From: Prorocentrum cordatum
Taxonomy: Eukaryota
DNA length: 64,000 bases
Reading direction: 5' to 3'
NCBI GenBank assembly: GCA_963575745.1
Contig: CAUYUJ010000225.1
Span: 558,001 to 622,000, forward strand
In this document: positions 1-14,724 of the stretch, in pieces
Layout: the number at the start of each line of letters is the position of its first letter
How positions within the stretch are numbered: position 1 is the first letter of the stretch
Translations under genes and position numbers: made by a program
The notes under the pieces: generated by a model
What the model was told of the DNA's origin: nothing
Database searches by the model: none
What the model saw: only the letters and a program-made list of their open reading frames with translations

Positions 1-402
1 ACGGCTCGTCCTCGCACGCTGTTCCTCCTGCCGTCCCTCCCCTCGGTGTGCGAGGCGCCGGTTAGCACCTTTGGTAGCTTCCCCGCTCGTCCCCTCCTCT
101 CGGCCGCCTCCCCGAAAGACGCCGGCACAGCCTGGCTCCACATACGGTCAGACCGTGTTCCGCGCTCGGTGCCGCGTGGGTCCTTGGCCGCTCCTCCGAG
201 GCCTCGGCGGCACCCCCTGGGCTCTCAGCTGCCTAACTCCGCTGCGTCGCTGCGTGCACAGCCGAGATGCCAAAAAGCAAATGTGTGTGGTTACGTGTTT
301 GTATATTTTGTTTGTGTGTGTGTGTGTTTGTTTGGATGTTGGTCTGTGTATTGTGTGCTTCTGTATGTGGCTGTGTGCTGTGTTCGTGGTTGCGATTGTG
401 GT

Positions 403-1335
403 TTCGGGCGTAGCCCGAATGTGTTTCTCGCGAGGTAAACTGAACTGAACTAAACTGAACAAACTGGTCGCACCCGTTACGCGACGGTTTTATTCTCGGC
501 CGCCACGGGCGCAACCTATGGCGCAAACGATCGGAAACGGATTCTCGGCCGCCGGGGGCGCAACCTATGGCGCAACCGATAGCAAATGTTTTTTTCTCGG
601 CCACCGAAGGTACAACCTATGACGCAACCGAGAGGAGACGGTTTTATTCTCGACCGCCGAAGGTGCAACACCTATGGCGCAACCAACAGGAGACGGTTCT
701 ATTCTCGACCGCGAGGGCGCAACATATGGCACAACCCATAGGAGACACTTTTATTCTCGGCCGCCGGAGTCACGACCTATGGCGCAACCGACAGGAAACG
801 GATCTGTTCTCAGCCGCAGAGGGCGCAACCTATGGCGCAACAGATAGGAGACGGTTTTATCCTCGGTCGCCGAGGTCGCAACCTATGGCGCAAACGATAG
901 GAAACGGTTTTATTCTCGACCGCCACGGGCGAAACCTAGCGCGCAACCAATAGGAGACGGTTATATTCTCGGCCGCCGAGGGCGCAACCTATGGCGCAAC
1001 CGATAGGAGACGTGTGTACTCTCGGCCGCCAAGGGCACAACCTATGGCGCAAACGATAGGAGACGGTTGTATTCTCGGCCGCCGAGGGAGCGACCTATGG
1101 CGCAACCGACAGGAGACGGTTTTATTCTCAGCCGCCGAGGGTGCAACCTATGGCGCAACTGATAGGAAACCGAGCTGGAGCAGGAGGAAGACGAGGATGA
1201 GGAGGAGGAGGAGGACGACGACGATCAGGATTGGGAGGAGGACGGGGAGGAATACGAGTAGTACGAGGACGAAGTGTGGGCACTCGAATGTGTGCGGGGC
1301 TACGCCAGACTTATGATCGCCGTTTGGGCTGGCGA
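403..1335 (+). mobile_element. Non-autonomous repeat element family 1, copy A (subTIRs, terminal hairpins, internal ~53-bp tandem array, GGA tract)
   Basis: Left hairpin TTCGGGC-GTA-GCCCGAA. Subterminal inverted motif GGCGTAGCCC / GGGCTACGCC (~1297). 3' stem-loop TCGCC..GGCGA (1317-1335). Reverse-complement copy at 10991-11872. Confidence 0.7.
480..1170 (+). repeat. ~53-bp minisatellite (GGCGCAACCTATGGCGCAACCGATAGGAGACGGTTTTATTCTCGGCCGCCGA consensus)
   Basis: CCTATGG core recurs at about 515, 564, 616, 671, 723, 777, 830, 882 and onward. Confidence 0.95.
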
Positions 1336-1344
1336 AGCAGCGAG

Positions 1345-2135
1345 CTGTCTTGTGATTGTATTTGTGTTTGTGTTTGTGCCTGTGATTGTGCTGGTGCTGT
1401 TATTGTGTTTGTGTGTTGTGATTGTGCTTCTGCTGTTTCTTGTGCTAGTGCTTGTGTGCGTGAGTGTGCCTGTGCTTATGAATGTGATTGTGATTGTGCT
1501 TGTGTGTTGTGTTTGTGCTTATGTGAGATGTGTGTGTAGTGCTGTGTGTGCGTGTGTTCGTGATTCGTGATTGTGTATACGAAGTTTGTGTGTAATTGTG
1601 CGCATGTTCGTGATTATGTGTATGCCTGTACGTGTGTTTGTGGTTGTGTGCTGTGTGCTGTGCTTGTGTGTGTGTTCGTGCTTGTGTTTGTGGTTGTGTG
1701 TGTTAGTGTTTGTGGTCATGGCTGCGTTGATGTGTGTGGTTGTGCTTATGGTTGTGATCATACTTGTGTGTGCTTGTGCTTGTGCATGTGTTTGTGGTCG
1801 TGATTGTGTGTGTGCTCGTGCTTGTGGTTGTGTGAGTGCTTGGTTGTGTTTATGTGTCCTTGTGTTTGTGTTGGTGTTTGTGGATATGGTTGTGTGCTGC
1901 GTGCCTGTGTGCATGATTTTGCTTGTGGTCGTATATGAATGTGTGTTTGTGTGTCGCTGTCTTTTGTGTGTTTGTGATTTCGCTTGCGATTGTGTGTGTT
2001 TGTTTCTGTGTGTTTGCGTTTGAACGTGTGCTTGTGAGTGCGCTTGCGGTTGTGCGTTTATGATTGTGTTTGTACCCATGTTCCTGCTTGTGTGTATGGT
2101 TGCGTTTCTCTTTGTGTGCGCGTGTGTCTGAGTGT
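1345..2135. repeat. Degenerate TG-rich microsatellite
   Basis: TGTG/TTGTG-dominated low-complexity sequence; overlapping ORFs are Cys/Val or Thr/His runs. Confidence 0.9.
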
Positions 2136-2392
2136 GCCGCGGCCCTATGTGTATTCATTCGCTTCGCCCCTGGCAAGGTAATAGTGAGGGACACTGGCGC
2201 ATCGAGCCTAATATGCGATCACCTGTTCGACCACATCCCGGCGCGTTGTCATCCATTCAAGGAACTCCCCAAGCAGAAAGTTCTAGGCGAAACGGTCCAT
2301 GGCACTCTCCCGCTGGACGCCCCATCCCACCGATCTTGCCCCCCATCCCAGGCGCCCGCCTTGAGTGCGGCGGCAGATGCGCGCAACAGCGC

Positions 2393-2673
2393 AGAAGGAT
2401 AATGTGCGAATAGGTGCCGAACTCTTCTGGCTGATTCACCAGCACCTGCAATAAAAAGCCGGTGGTCGCGAAGCAGAGCTTCCCGCTGACAGAGTCGCCG
2501 CTGATCTTATAACCCACCGTCTTGCCTACCTCCTCGCCTACTTCCTGGGCACACCTCTTCGCGAGGCTGATGGCCGCCATTCTTCTGGGCTGCGTCACGA
2601 CGATCTTGGTATCGCAGTCGCTCTTTCCAGCTTTTCGCAAGCTCTCGGCCTCCTCCATAATGTACTTGGGCAC
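2393..2673 (-). CDS. DEAH-box RNA helicase (DHX36/DHX57-like), internal exon with motifs Ia/Ib
   Basis: Translates VPKYIMEE...KIVVTQPRRMAAISLAKRCAQEVGEEVGKTVGYKI...TTGFLLQ...YSHIIL. AG acceptor after a C-rich tract at 2674-2675. The 3' boundary is approximate (possible GC donor at 2392). Confidence 0.88.
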
Positions 2674-2957
2674 CTGGGGGGGGGGTGGGGGACGCAATGC
2701 ATCTTGAATACACGTTCTGCCATGTGCAACTTGCCAGCTGCAGAACACACGATGCCCCCCTCCACCGCGTGTAGGATATGTTGGCCGCGACTGCGAGCAA
2801 GCTAGACATAGAATCGCAATACCTGAGGTGCGTGCTACAGCAATGTTGGCAGCGTAGAGAAGGCAAGGTTGAGCAGGAGCCCAACAAGAGAAAGAGGGGA
2901 TGCCAACCAGGCTAGGTGGATGCGAGAGGGGTGAGCCGAACAGAGATACGGTCAGGC

Positions 2958-3032
2958 CTGCGTGCTCTTGCCGCAGCCAGTCTCCCCCTGGATGTGGGTC
3001 ACGCGGTGCTGGCGCACATGCTCCAAGATCGC
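2958..3032 (-). CDS. DEAH-box RNA helicase, 75-nt exon with Walker A (not in the ORF track)
   Basis: Translates AILEHVRQHRVTHIQGETGCGKSTQ. CAG acceptor and GC donor (cag|gcctga). Splices in phase 0 to the next exon, giving GETGCGKSTQ|VPKYI. Confidence 0.9.
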
Positions 3033-3107
3033 CTGGAGCGCCGACGCGCCTTCCTAATATCCGTGTCTTACTACCACCTCTAACACAACTACTACCACGA
3101 TTACGAT

Positions 3108-3432
<325 letters not shown>

Positions 3433-3433
3433 G

Positions 3434-3476
<43 letters not shown>

Positions 3477-3501
3477 GACTACGACTACGACTACGACTAC
3501 G

Positions 3502-3544
<43 letters not shown>

Positions 3545-3561
3545 TACTACTACTAGATTAG

Positions 3562-3592
<31 letters not shown>

Positions 3593-3607
3593 ACGACTAC
3601 GACTACG

Positions 3608-3654
<47 letters not shown>

Positions 3655-3726
3655 GACTGCTACTACTACAACTACTACTCCTACTGCTACTACGACTACT
3701 ACTACTACTACTACTACTACTTCTGT

Positions 3727-3759
<33 letters not shown>

Positions 3760-3826
3760 GACTACTACGACTAGTACGACTACGACTACGACGACGACGA
3801 CGACTACGGCGACGACGACTACTACA

Positions 3827-3906
<80 letters not shown>

Positions 3907-3925
3907 CGCTACTACTAGCCCAACA

Positions 3926-3972
<47 letters not shown>

Positions 3973-4248
3973 GGCTACGACTGCTATCACTACTATGACT
4001 ACTACTGCTTCTAATATTACTACAAGACCTACTACTACTACTCCTGTTACTACTACTACTACTACGACTGCTACTACTATACTACTGTTACTACTACTAC
4101 GACGACGGCTACGACTACTACTACTACTACTACTACTACAACTACTACTTCGACTGCTACTACGATTACTACGACTACTACTACTACTACTACTACTACT
4201 ACGACTACTCCGACTACTACTACTACTACTACTACTACCACTACTCCG

Positions 4249-4284
<36 letters not shown>

Positions 4285-4433
4285 GCTACTACTACTACTA
4301 CTACTACGACGACGACTACGAGTACTACGACTACTACTACTACTACTACTACTACAACTACTACTGCTACCACTACTACTACTACTACTACTACTTCTAC
4401 TACAAGAACTAATACTAACATTACTACTACCCT

Positions 4434-4466
<33 letters not shown>

Positions 4467-4760
4467 CGCTACTGCGACTACGACTCTGACTACGACTACT
4501 ACTACTACTACTACGACTACTACTACTACTGCCACAACTACTACTACTACTACTACTACTACGACTACTACTTCTACTACGACTACTACTACTACTGCTA
4601 CTAATACTACGACCATTACGACTACGACTACCACTGCCACTACGACTACTGCGACGACTACTACTACTACTACTACTACTACTGCTACTGCCGACTACTA
4701 CTACTGCCGACCATGCCTACTACTACTACTACTACTACTACAACTACTACTACTACTACG

Positions 4761-4807
<47 letters not shown>

Positions 4808-4878
4808 GACTACGACTACGAACACTACTGCTACTACTACTACTACGACGACGACTACTACTACTACTGCGACTACCG

Positions 4879-4929
<51 letters not shown>

Positions 4930-5070
4930 GTACTAGTACTACTACTACTACTACTACTACTACGACGACGACGACGACGACTACTACTACTACTACTACT
5001 ACTGCTACTTGTAATATTCCAAGAACTACTACTACTCGTACTACGACTACGGTTACGACTACGACTACTA

Positions 5071-5099
<29 letters not shown>

Positions 5100-5103
<4 letters not shown>

Positions 5104-5121
5104 CTCCTACTACTACACCTC

Positions 5122-5156
<35 letters not shown>

Positions 5157-5201
5157 GCTACGACCACTTCCAGTTCCAGGTCCACTTCCACTACCAAGTC
5201 C

Positions 5202-5260
<59 letters not shown>

Positions 5261-5870
5261 TACTACTACTACTACTACTACTACCACTGCAGATTTGGAA
5301 AGCACTTAGAGGCATAGGACCTGCGGTGCGTGATGATTTCGCAACGCACTGGGCTAATGGCAGGCAAGATACCGAGACAAGCGATCCAGAGCGCGCAAGC
5401 CGCGGCTAACCCACCCTCTCCTCATGATCAGACCAGGTCCTCCTATCCCCCATGTGGGCGGAGGAACGGGGGGGGGCTAGCGATATGATGAGGTCTGCAA
5501 TGTGGACGAGGAAGAGGAGCAAGGCAGGAGGAGGAGAACCCGGTTGGGGAGCCACTCCTACTCATCCTCTTGGTCTCACTGGTCCCCCATATCCTTCTCA
5601 CCTGGCTCATGATATCACGTATCCCCTACATCACAATATCTTCTATGCGAGGAAATTGACCAGGGAGGATTCGAATGATGAGGGCGGGTGAAAAGGAGTG
5701 ACCACCCAGAGTCTCATAGAGAGATTGAAGGAGGGTGGCAGTGGATGTTGAAAATGAGCTGGGGAAATGACGCACGGAAGGTAGGGAAGAGGAGAAAGAG
5801 TGTTAGGAGCAAGTGAACGGGCGACTCCTCATGCTCCTCCTTATCGACCTCCTGGTCCCCCGCCTCCTCT
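5100..5870 (+). repeat. Duplicated ~0.8-kb block, copy 1 (copy 2 at ~9430-10320)
   Basis: Shared text such as CTGCAGATTTGGA(A/G)AGCA..., GCGCGCAAGCCGCGGCTAACCCACCCTCTCCTCATGATCAG and CCTCCTGGTCCCCCGCCTCCTC. Confidence 0.9.
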
Positions 5871-6118
5871 ACTACTGCGACTACTACTACGACTACTGCT
5901 ACTACTACTACTACTACTACTACTACTGCTACTACTACTACTACTGCTACTACTAGTACTACGACTACTACGACGACTACTACTCCTTTTGCTACTACTG
6001 CCGCTACGGCTACTACGACTACTACGAACGACTACGAATACAACTACGATTACGACTACGACTACTACTACTACCACCACCACCACCACCACCACTACTA
6101 TTACTACTACTACTACTA

Positions 6119-6238
<120 letters not shown>

Positions 6239-6314
6239 TTGCTGTTAGAGTAAATACTACTGCTACTGTTACTACGACTACTACTACTAGTACTACTACT
6301 ACTACTCTACTAAA

Positions 6315-6414
6315 NNNNNNNNNNNNNNNNNNNNNNNNNNNNNNNNNNNNNNNNNNNNNNNNNNNNNNNNNNNNNNNNNNNNNNNNNNNNNNNNNNNNNN
6401 NNNNNNNNNNNNNN
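6315..6414. other. Assembly gap (100 N)
   Basis: Run of N. Confidence 1.
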
Positions 6415-6447
<33 letters not shown>

Positions 6448-7020
6448 GGCTACTACTACTACGACTACTACTACTACTAGTACTACTACTACTACTACTG
6501 CTAGTACTACTATTACTACGACTGCTTCTAATATTACTACAGGACCTACAGCTACTACTGCTGCTGCTACTACTGCTACTACTACTACTACTACTACTGT
6601 GACTACTACTACGACGACGACTACGACAACAACTACTACTACTACTACTACAACTACTACTTCTACTGCTACCACGATGACTACGATTACTACTACTACT
6701 ACTACTACTACCACTACTACTACTACTACTACTACTGCTACTACGATTACTGCTACTACTATTTCTACTACAAGAACTGATACTACTACAACTTCTACAG
6801 TTACTCCTACTACAACAACAACACCTACTACTACTACTACTACTGCGACTACTACTACTACGACCACGACTACGACTACGACTACGACTACTACTACTAC
6901 TACTACTACTGCTACTAGTACCACGACTATTACGACTAAGACTACCACGACTACTACGACTACTGCGACGACTACTACTACTACTACTACTACTGCTACT
7001 ACCACTACTACTACTGCCAA

Positions 7021-7108
<88 letters not shown>

Positions 7109-7118
7109 GCTACAACTC

Positions 7119-7193
<75 letters not shown>

Positions 7194-7199
7194 ACTACA

Positions 7200-7237
<38 letters not shown>

Positions 7238-7476
7238 GACAAATTAAACAAGAAATTAAAACAGTAACAAGCTAAAGAAACAATAAATCAACGCAAACTC
7301 AGAAAAGATACAGCTACTACTGCTACTACGACGACTACTACTAGTACTACTAACTACTACTACTACTTACTGCTACGACGACAAGTACGACACGACGACG
7401 AACGAAAAACGAACTACGGCGCAACTAACTACGACGACGACGACGACTACGGCGACAACGACTACTGCCACTCCTG

Positions 7477-7531
<55 letters not shown>

Positions 7532-7812
7532 CACTACTACTACTACTACTACTACGGCTACTACTACTACGACTACTACTACTAGTACTACTACTACGAC
7601 TGCTAGTACTACTATTACTACGACTGCTTCTAATATTACTACAGGACCTACAGCTACTACTGCTGCTGCTACTACTGCTACTACTACTACTACTACTACT
7701 ACTGTGACTACTGCTACGACGACGACTACGACAACAACAACTACTACTACTACTACAACTACTACTTCTACTGCTACCACGATGACTACGATTACTACTA
7801 CTACTACTACTA

Positions 7813-7853
<41 letters not shown>

Positions 7854-8172
7854 GCTACTACGATTACTGCTACTACTATTTCTAGTACAAGAACTGATAC
7901 TACTACAACTTCTACAGTTACTCCTACTACAACAACAACACCTACTACTACTACTGCGACTACTACTACTACGACCACGACTACGACTACGACTACGACT
8001 ACTACTACTACTACTACGGCCTTACTCGTTACCACGATTTTTTGTTTTATTACGCCTAAGGACTACCACGACTACTACGACTTACTGCGACGGACTACGA
8101 CTACTACTACTGCTACTACCACGACTACGACTACTACTACAACTACTACTACGACTACTACTACTACTACTC

Positions 8173-8227
<55 letters not shown>

Positions 8228-8376
8228 GACTACGACTACGACGGCTACTACTACTACTACTACTACGACGACGACGACGACGACTACTACTACTACTACT
8301 ACTACTACTACTGCTACTACGACTACGACTACGACGACGACGACGACTACGGCGACAACGACTACTGCCACTCCTG

Positions 8377-8431
<55 letters not shown>

Positions 8432-8712
8432 CACTACTACTACTACTACTACTACGGCTACTACTACTACGACTACTACTACTAGTACTACTACTACGAC
8501 TGCTAGTACTACTATTACTACGACTGCTTCTAATATTACTACAGGACCTACAGCTACTACTGCTGCTGCTACTACTGCTACTACTACTACTACTACTACT
8601 ACTGTGACTACTGCTACGACGACGACTACGACAACAACAACTACTACTACTACTACAACTACTACTTCTACTGCTACCACGATGACTACGATTACTACTA
8701 CTACTACTACTA

Positions 8713-8753
<41 letters not shown>

Positions 8754-8897
8754 GCTACTACGATTACTGCTACTACTATTTCTAGTACAAGAACTGATAC
8801 TACTACAACTTCTACAGTTACTCCTACTACAACAACAACACCTACTACTACTACTGCGACTACTACTACTACGACCACGACTACGACTACGACTACG

Positions 8898-8942
<45 letters not shown>

Positions 8943-9043
8943 GCTACTAGTACCACGACTATTACGACTAAGACTACCACGACCACTACGACTACTGCGA
9001 CGACTACTACTACTACTGCTACTACCACTACTACTACTGCCAA

Positions 9044-9105
<62 letters not shown>

Positions 9106-9232
9106 ACTACTACTACTATACTAGTACTACTACGATTACTACTACTACTACTACTACTATTACTACTACTACTACGACTACTACTACTACTACTACTTTT
9201 ATTACTCCACTACTACGACTACTAGTACTACG

Positions 9233-9290
<58 letters not shown>

Positions 9291-9300
9291 ACTACCACTA

Positions 9301-9373
<73 letters not shown>

Positions 9374-9429
9374 TTACTACTACTACTACTACTACTTCTA
9401 CTTCTACTTCTCCTTCTACTTCTACTTCT

Positions 9430-10320
<891 letters not shown>

Positions 10321-10990
10321 CTCATCATCCCCCCCGTCTTCTTCATATCACTCCGCCTAGTCCTTCTCCTGTTAGAAGAGAGGAAGAGAGGTGGCATGAT
10401 CAGGAGGAGCACTGATGGGAGCAGCAGGGAGAGGAGGAGGAGGAGGAGGAGGAGGAGGCTCGACTTCTCAAGCTCCTCCTGTTCCCCATCCTCATTATCA
10501 CATCACCCTTCCATAATCATGCTACCTCGCCTCCGCATCCTCCTCCTCCCATGGGAGAAGGCGGAAAACGTATTGATAGCAGGAAGGTAATGATGAGGAG
10601 GAGGAGGACTCGTCACCCCTCTGTCCAGCCTGCCTCCATCCAGACTCTCTCCAACTTTCCCGTCGTCGTCTGCTTCCAACCTCTCCCAAATGTCTCCCTC
10701 CATCGAAACTCCCTCCATCCAGGACCCTCGGCAGAAGTGATTCCATGTACACCGCCGCCCCGCAAACTGATCCGTATTGCAAAACCCTGCCACAAAGGGC
10801 ATGACAATCAGGCCGCTCCACTACTAATATAAAAGTATTTTCAATGTAAAGGAACGTATGGACTTCAGCTTTTCAGTTGCTGATTTTCTTTCCAAATCTT
10901 GTCAATCGAACTCTGTACGTAGCGCGCCAACAATAAGGAAATGAATGACAAATCCACAACAGAAGGCACATAATTGTAATCACAAGGCAG

Positions 10991-11872
10991 CTCGCCGCTG
11001 GGGCCCCACCGTCAGCCCAAGCGGCGAGCATAAATCGGGCGTAGCCCCGCACGCATTCGAATGCCCACACTTCGTCCTCGTCCTGCTCGTCTTCCTCCCC
11101 GTCCTCCTCCCTATCCTGATCGTCGTCGTCGTCCTCCTCCTCCTCCTCCTCCTCCTCGTCCTCTCCTCATCCTCCTCGTCTTCATCGTCTTCCTCATGTT
11201 CCAACTCGGTTTCCTATCGGTTGCGCCATAAATCACGCCCTTGACGGCAGAGAATAAAGCCGTCTCCTATCGGTTGCGCCACAAGTTGCGCCCTCGGCGG
11301 CTGAGAATATAACCGTCTCCTATCGGTTTCGCCACAGGTCGCGCCCTTGGCGGCAGAGAAAAAACCGTTTCCTATTGGTTGCGCCATAAATTGTGCCCTC
11401 GGCTGCCGAAAATAAAGCCGTCTCCTATCGGTTGCGCCATAGGTCGCGCCCTCGGCCGAGAATAAAACCGCCCCCTATCGGTTGCGCCATAGGTCGCGCC
11501 CCCGGCGGCCGATAATAAAACCGTCTCCTATCGGTTGCGCCACAGGTTGCGCCCTCGGCGGCCGAGAATGAAACTGTCTCCGATCGGCTGCGCCATAGGT
11601 CGCGCCTTTGGCGGCCGATAATAAAACCGTCTCCTCTCGGCTGCGCCATAAGCTGCGCACCTGGCGGTCGAGAATAAAACCGTCTCCTATCGGTTGCGCC
11701 ATAGGCTGCGCACCTGGCGGTCGAGAATCAAACCGTCTCATATCGGTTGCGCCGTAGGTCGCGCCCTTGGCGGCCGAGAACAAAACCGTCGCCCAACGGG
11801 TGCGACCAGTCTGTTCAGTTAAATTCAGTTCGGTTTACCGAACGAGAAACAAATTCGGGCTACGCCCGAAAA
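10991..11872 (-). mobile_element. Non-autonomous repeat element family 1, copy B (inverted relative to copy A)
   Basis: Reverse complement of 403-1335. Stem CTCGCCGCT..AGCGGCGAG (10991-11028), 53-bp array at 11210-11790, hairpin TTCGGGC-TAC-GCCCGAA (~11854-11870). Confidence 0.75.
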
Positions 11873-12359
11873 CACACCGCAACAGGAATGTGATCTTAGG
11901 TTCACAGCACAAAGAATCAAGAGTAAACCCGACACAAATGGAACTCAACTGCAGATGCACAACGGAGAGATTTCGCCGTGAACCCCATACAAAAGGAATA
12001 CGGTGAAGGCATTTTTGTTTATCCTATCACCCTGGGGCTTATCATGCACAGACAAATACAGATGCCGTCTTACGGCCCCGCAAACCGTGCTCGCGCGAGC
12101 CCGCAGCCCGCCAGGACCAGACCCCGAAGCGCGGCACCATCACACCGCGCTGAGGCCGACTTCAGGCCTGGGGTCCACCAACCTGGCCGCACAGGCGGCC
12201 CTGCCTCGCTCCTGAGCTTCAGCAGCGCTGGCAAAGCCGAAGGAGCCCAGGGCTCCCTCGAGCCCTGGGCGAAACAGCCCCCCTGGGGCAGGCGGGGCGG
12301 GTGCCCGTTCCCGCCCCTCTGGGGGCTCCATGCTCGCAAGGAGAAAGCGGTTCCGCCGC

Positions 12360-12515
12360 CTACTGCTGGAGCTGCGCCTCGCGCCTCCGCTGCCGCTCCT
12401 GCCTGGCCCACGCCCTCCACGGGGAGCCAGGCCCGAACGTGTCGCGGAGCCAGGGGCGCCCAGCTTCTAGCTCGGAGGCTGAGGGAGCTGGAGGAGCGTC
12501 GTCGCCGCCGTCGCC
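12360..12515 (-). CDS. Possible terminal exon of an unknown gene
   Basis: CAG acceptor, then 51 GC3-rich codons GDGGDDAPPAPSASELEAGRPWLRDTFGPGSPWRAWARQERQRRREAQLQQ and TAG. No recognisable domain. Confidence 0.25.
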   Translation of the reverse strand, partial: GDGGDDAPPAPSASELEAGRPWLRDTFGPGSPWRAWARQERQRRREAQLQQ

Positions 12516-13271
12516 CTGCCAGCCCGGCCTCCGAATGTCACGGCCAAGCGCAAGTACCCAGCAAAAGAACTATACGTGCAAACCAGCCGCAAAATAAATC
12601 GAAATGCGTATACTGCACAGGCGGTCACGGATTGAAAACAAATGTTGAGCAACAAATGAATCGAATGCTAAACATAACTGGGAGCAGCGGAACCTCAACA
12701 CAATGAGCTAGCGTTGTAAAGCCGCCGCAACATGCAACAACCTACAAATCCCCTCTCAAAAAATGTGCTGCACATCGTTCCAAACTAATTTCCAGTGGAA
12801 CGCCGGCGGCACAAAAGGAATCCATGGATGATATCATAGTTTGAAGTGACGTTCTGACCTCTGTTCCCTTAGCTCTCTATAGAATTACTGCTGTGGCGCA
12901 CCGCCATAAAGGAACGACCTGTACATCCACACCAAAAAGATCGAATTGCAAACCAACCACAATATTAAGTTTATTATACATCCCGGACAAGAGGAGCTTA
13001 TTCGCAAACCCTCCAACAAAAAGAAAATTAGCTGTATATGCACCACACAAAAAAAACAAAGTAACTGAGTTGTTAAACATTCGTGGTCAAGTTGTATGTG
13101 CTTCATGTTCTGATTCTGCTATTTTTTCAACTCTCAATCGACTCCTTCTGCGTCGCACCAGCAGAAGTGAATTGAGGGTACACCACCACAAAAAGATTTG
13201 AGGTGTAAACATATCATCAACGGGATTTTATTGAGAGCTGAAAAACTGAAAGGCAAGTTATATAACATTAT

Positions 13272-14548
13272 CCTGGCGAAGGGCCCAACCATGCAGTTGT
13301 GAGACCGCCGTTGCGAGAACTGCCTTAGGTGGAACTCCCTATGGGCACGAAACGCGCTAAGGGTGCCCCGCAGTGGGGTGGGCCGCCATACGGGCGCTGC
13401 TGCTGGGGCCTTCGGTGGAGCTCCCTAGGGGGCCACACCGCGCATGCGGGGTGTCCAAAGTGGACGGGGGGCGGCATGCAATTCCTGCCGCTGGGGGCTT
13501 CGGTGGAGCTCCTGTGGGGCCACGACACGCGTGACGGGCGTGCCAAATTGGAGGGGGGGCGTCATGCGAACCGTGCCACTGGGGGCTTCGGTGGAACTCC
13601 CTATGGGGCCACGAAACGTGTGAGGGGTGTACCAAAGTAAAGTGGAGGGGGGTCGGCATGCAAAACATGCCACTGGGGCCTTCGGTGGAGCTCCCTATGG
13701 GGCCACGAAGCGTGTGAGGTTTGTGTACCAAAGTGGAGGGGGAACGGCATGCGAAACATGCCACTGGGCCTTCGGTGGAGCTCCCGATGGGGCCACGAAA
13801 CGTGCGAGAGGTGTGCCAAAGTAAAGGCGGGGCGGCATGCGAACCATCCCACGTGGGGCTTCGGTGGAGCTCCCGATGGGGCCACGAAACGTGTGAGGTG
13901 CGTGTTTGCGTGTATGGTGTGGGGGGGGGGGCGCATATAAACCATGCCACTGGGGCCTTCGGTGGAGCTCCCTATGAGACCAAGAAGCGTGTGACGGGTG
14001 TGCCAAACTGGACGGGGTGAGGGGTGTGCCAAAGTGGAGGGGGAGCGGCATGCGAACCGTGCCACTGGGGCTTTCGGTGGAGCTCCCTATGGGGCCACGA
14101 AACGTGTGACGGGTGTGCCAAAGTGGAGGGGGGGCGGCATGCGAAACATGCCACTGGGCCTTCGGTGGAGCTCCTGTGGGGCCACGAAACGTGTGAGAGG
14201 TGCGCCAATGTGGATGGTGGGCGGCGTGCGAACCATGCCACTGGGGCCTTCGGTGTAGCTCCCTATGGGGCCACGAAACGTGTGAGAGGTGTGCCAAAGT
14301 GGGGGGGGGTGAGAGGAGGAGGAGGAGGAGGAGGAGGAGGAGGAGGAGGAGGAGGAGGAGGAGGAGGAGGAGGAGGAGGAGGAGGAGGAGGAGGAGGAGG
14401 AGGAGGGGGAGGGCGAGGAGGAGAGGAGAGGAGAGGAGAGGAGAGGAGAGGAGAGGAGAGGAGAAGAGAAGAGAAGGGAGGAGAGGAGGAAACGCGGGAA
14501 CTGCCTCTTCAAAACGAAAACCCAACACCACAAGAGGTTTGGGAAAAA
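13272..14548. mobile_element. Non-autonomous repeat element family 2, copy A (~90-bp tandem array plus (GGA)n)
   Basis: Begins CCTGGCGAAGGGCCCAACCA. GGGGCCACGAAACGTG unit every ~88-94 bp. Ends CTCTTCAAAACGAAAACCCAACACCACAAGAGGTTTGGGAAAAA. Both ends are shared with 24835-25443. Confidence 0.8.
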
Positions 14549-14724
14549 CTTAAACAGCGGAACGTCAACAACATGAACTCATATTGCGAAGCCGGCACAA
14601 AAGAAACCTACTTGCAAATCCTCCTCTCAAACAGAAATTGCATTGTTGTGCCAGCGGGAAAAAAAGGACCCCTGGAGGATTCAAACTCTTTTTGTTTCAG
14701 CTTCCCAATCTAATGTGAAATCTT

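Noticed and set aside
480..1170. CRISPR-like appearance of the 53-bp, ~90-bp (13330-14310), 39-bp (44196) and ~145-bp (52930) arrays
   Set aside because: Units are contiguous degenerate tandem copies with no unique spacers and no cas genes.
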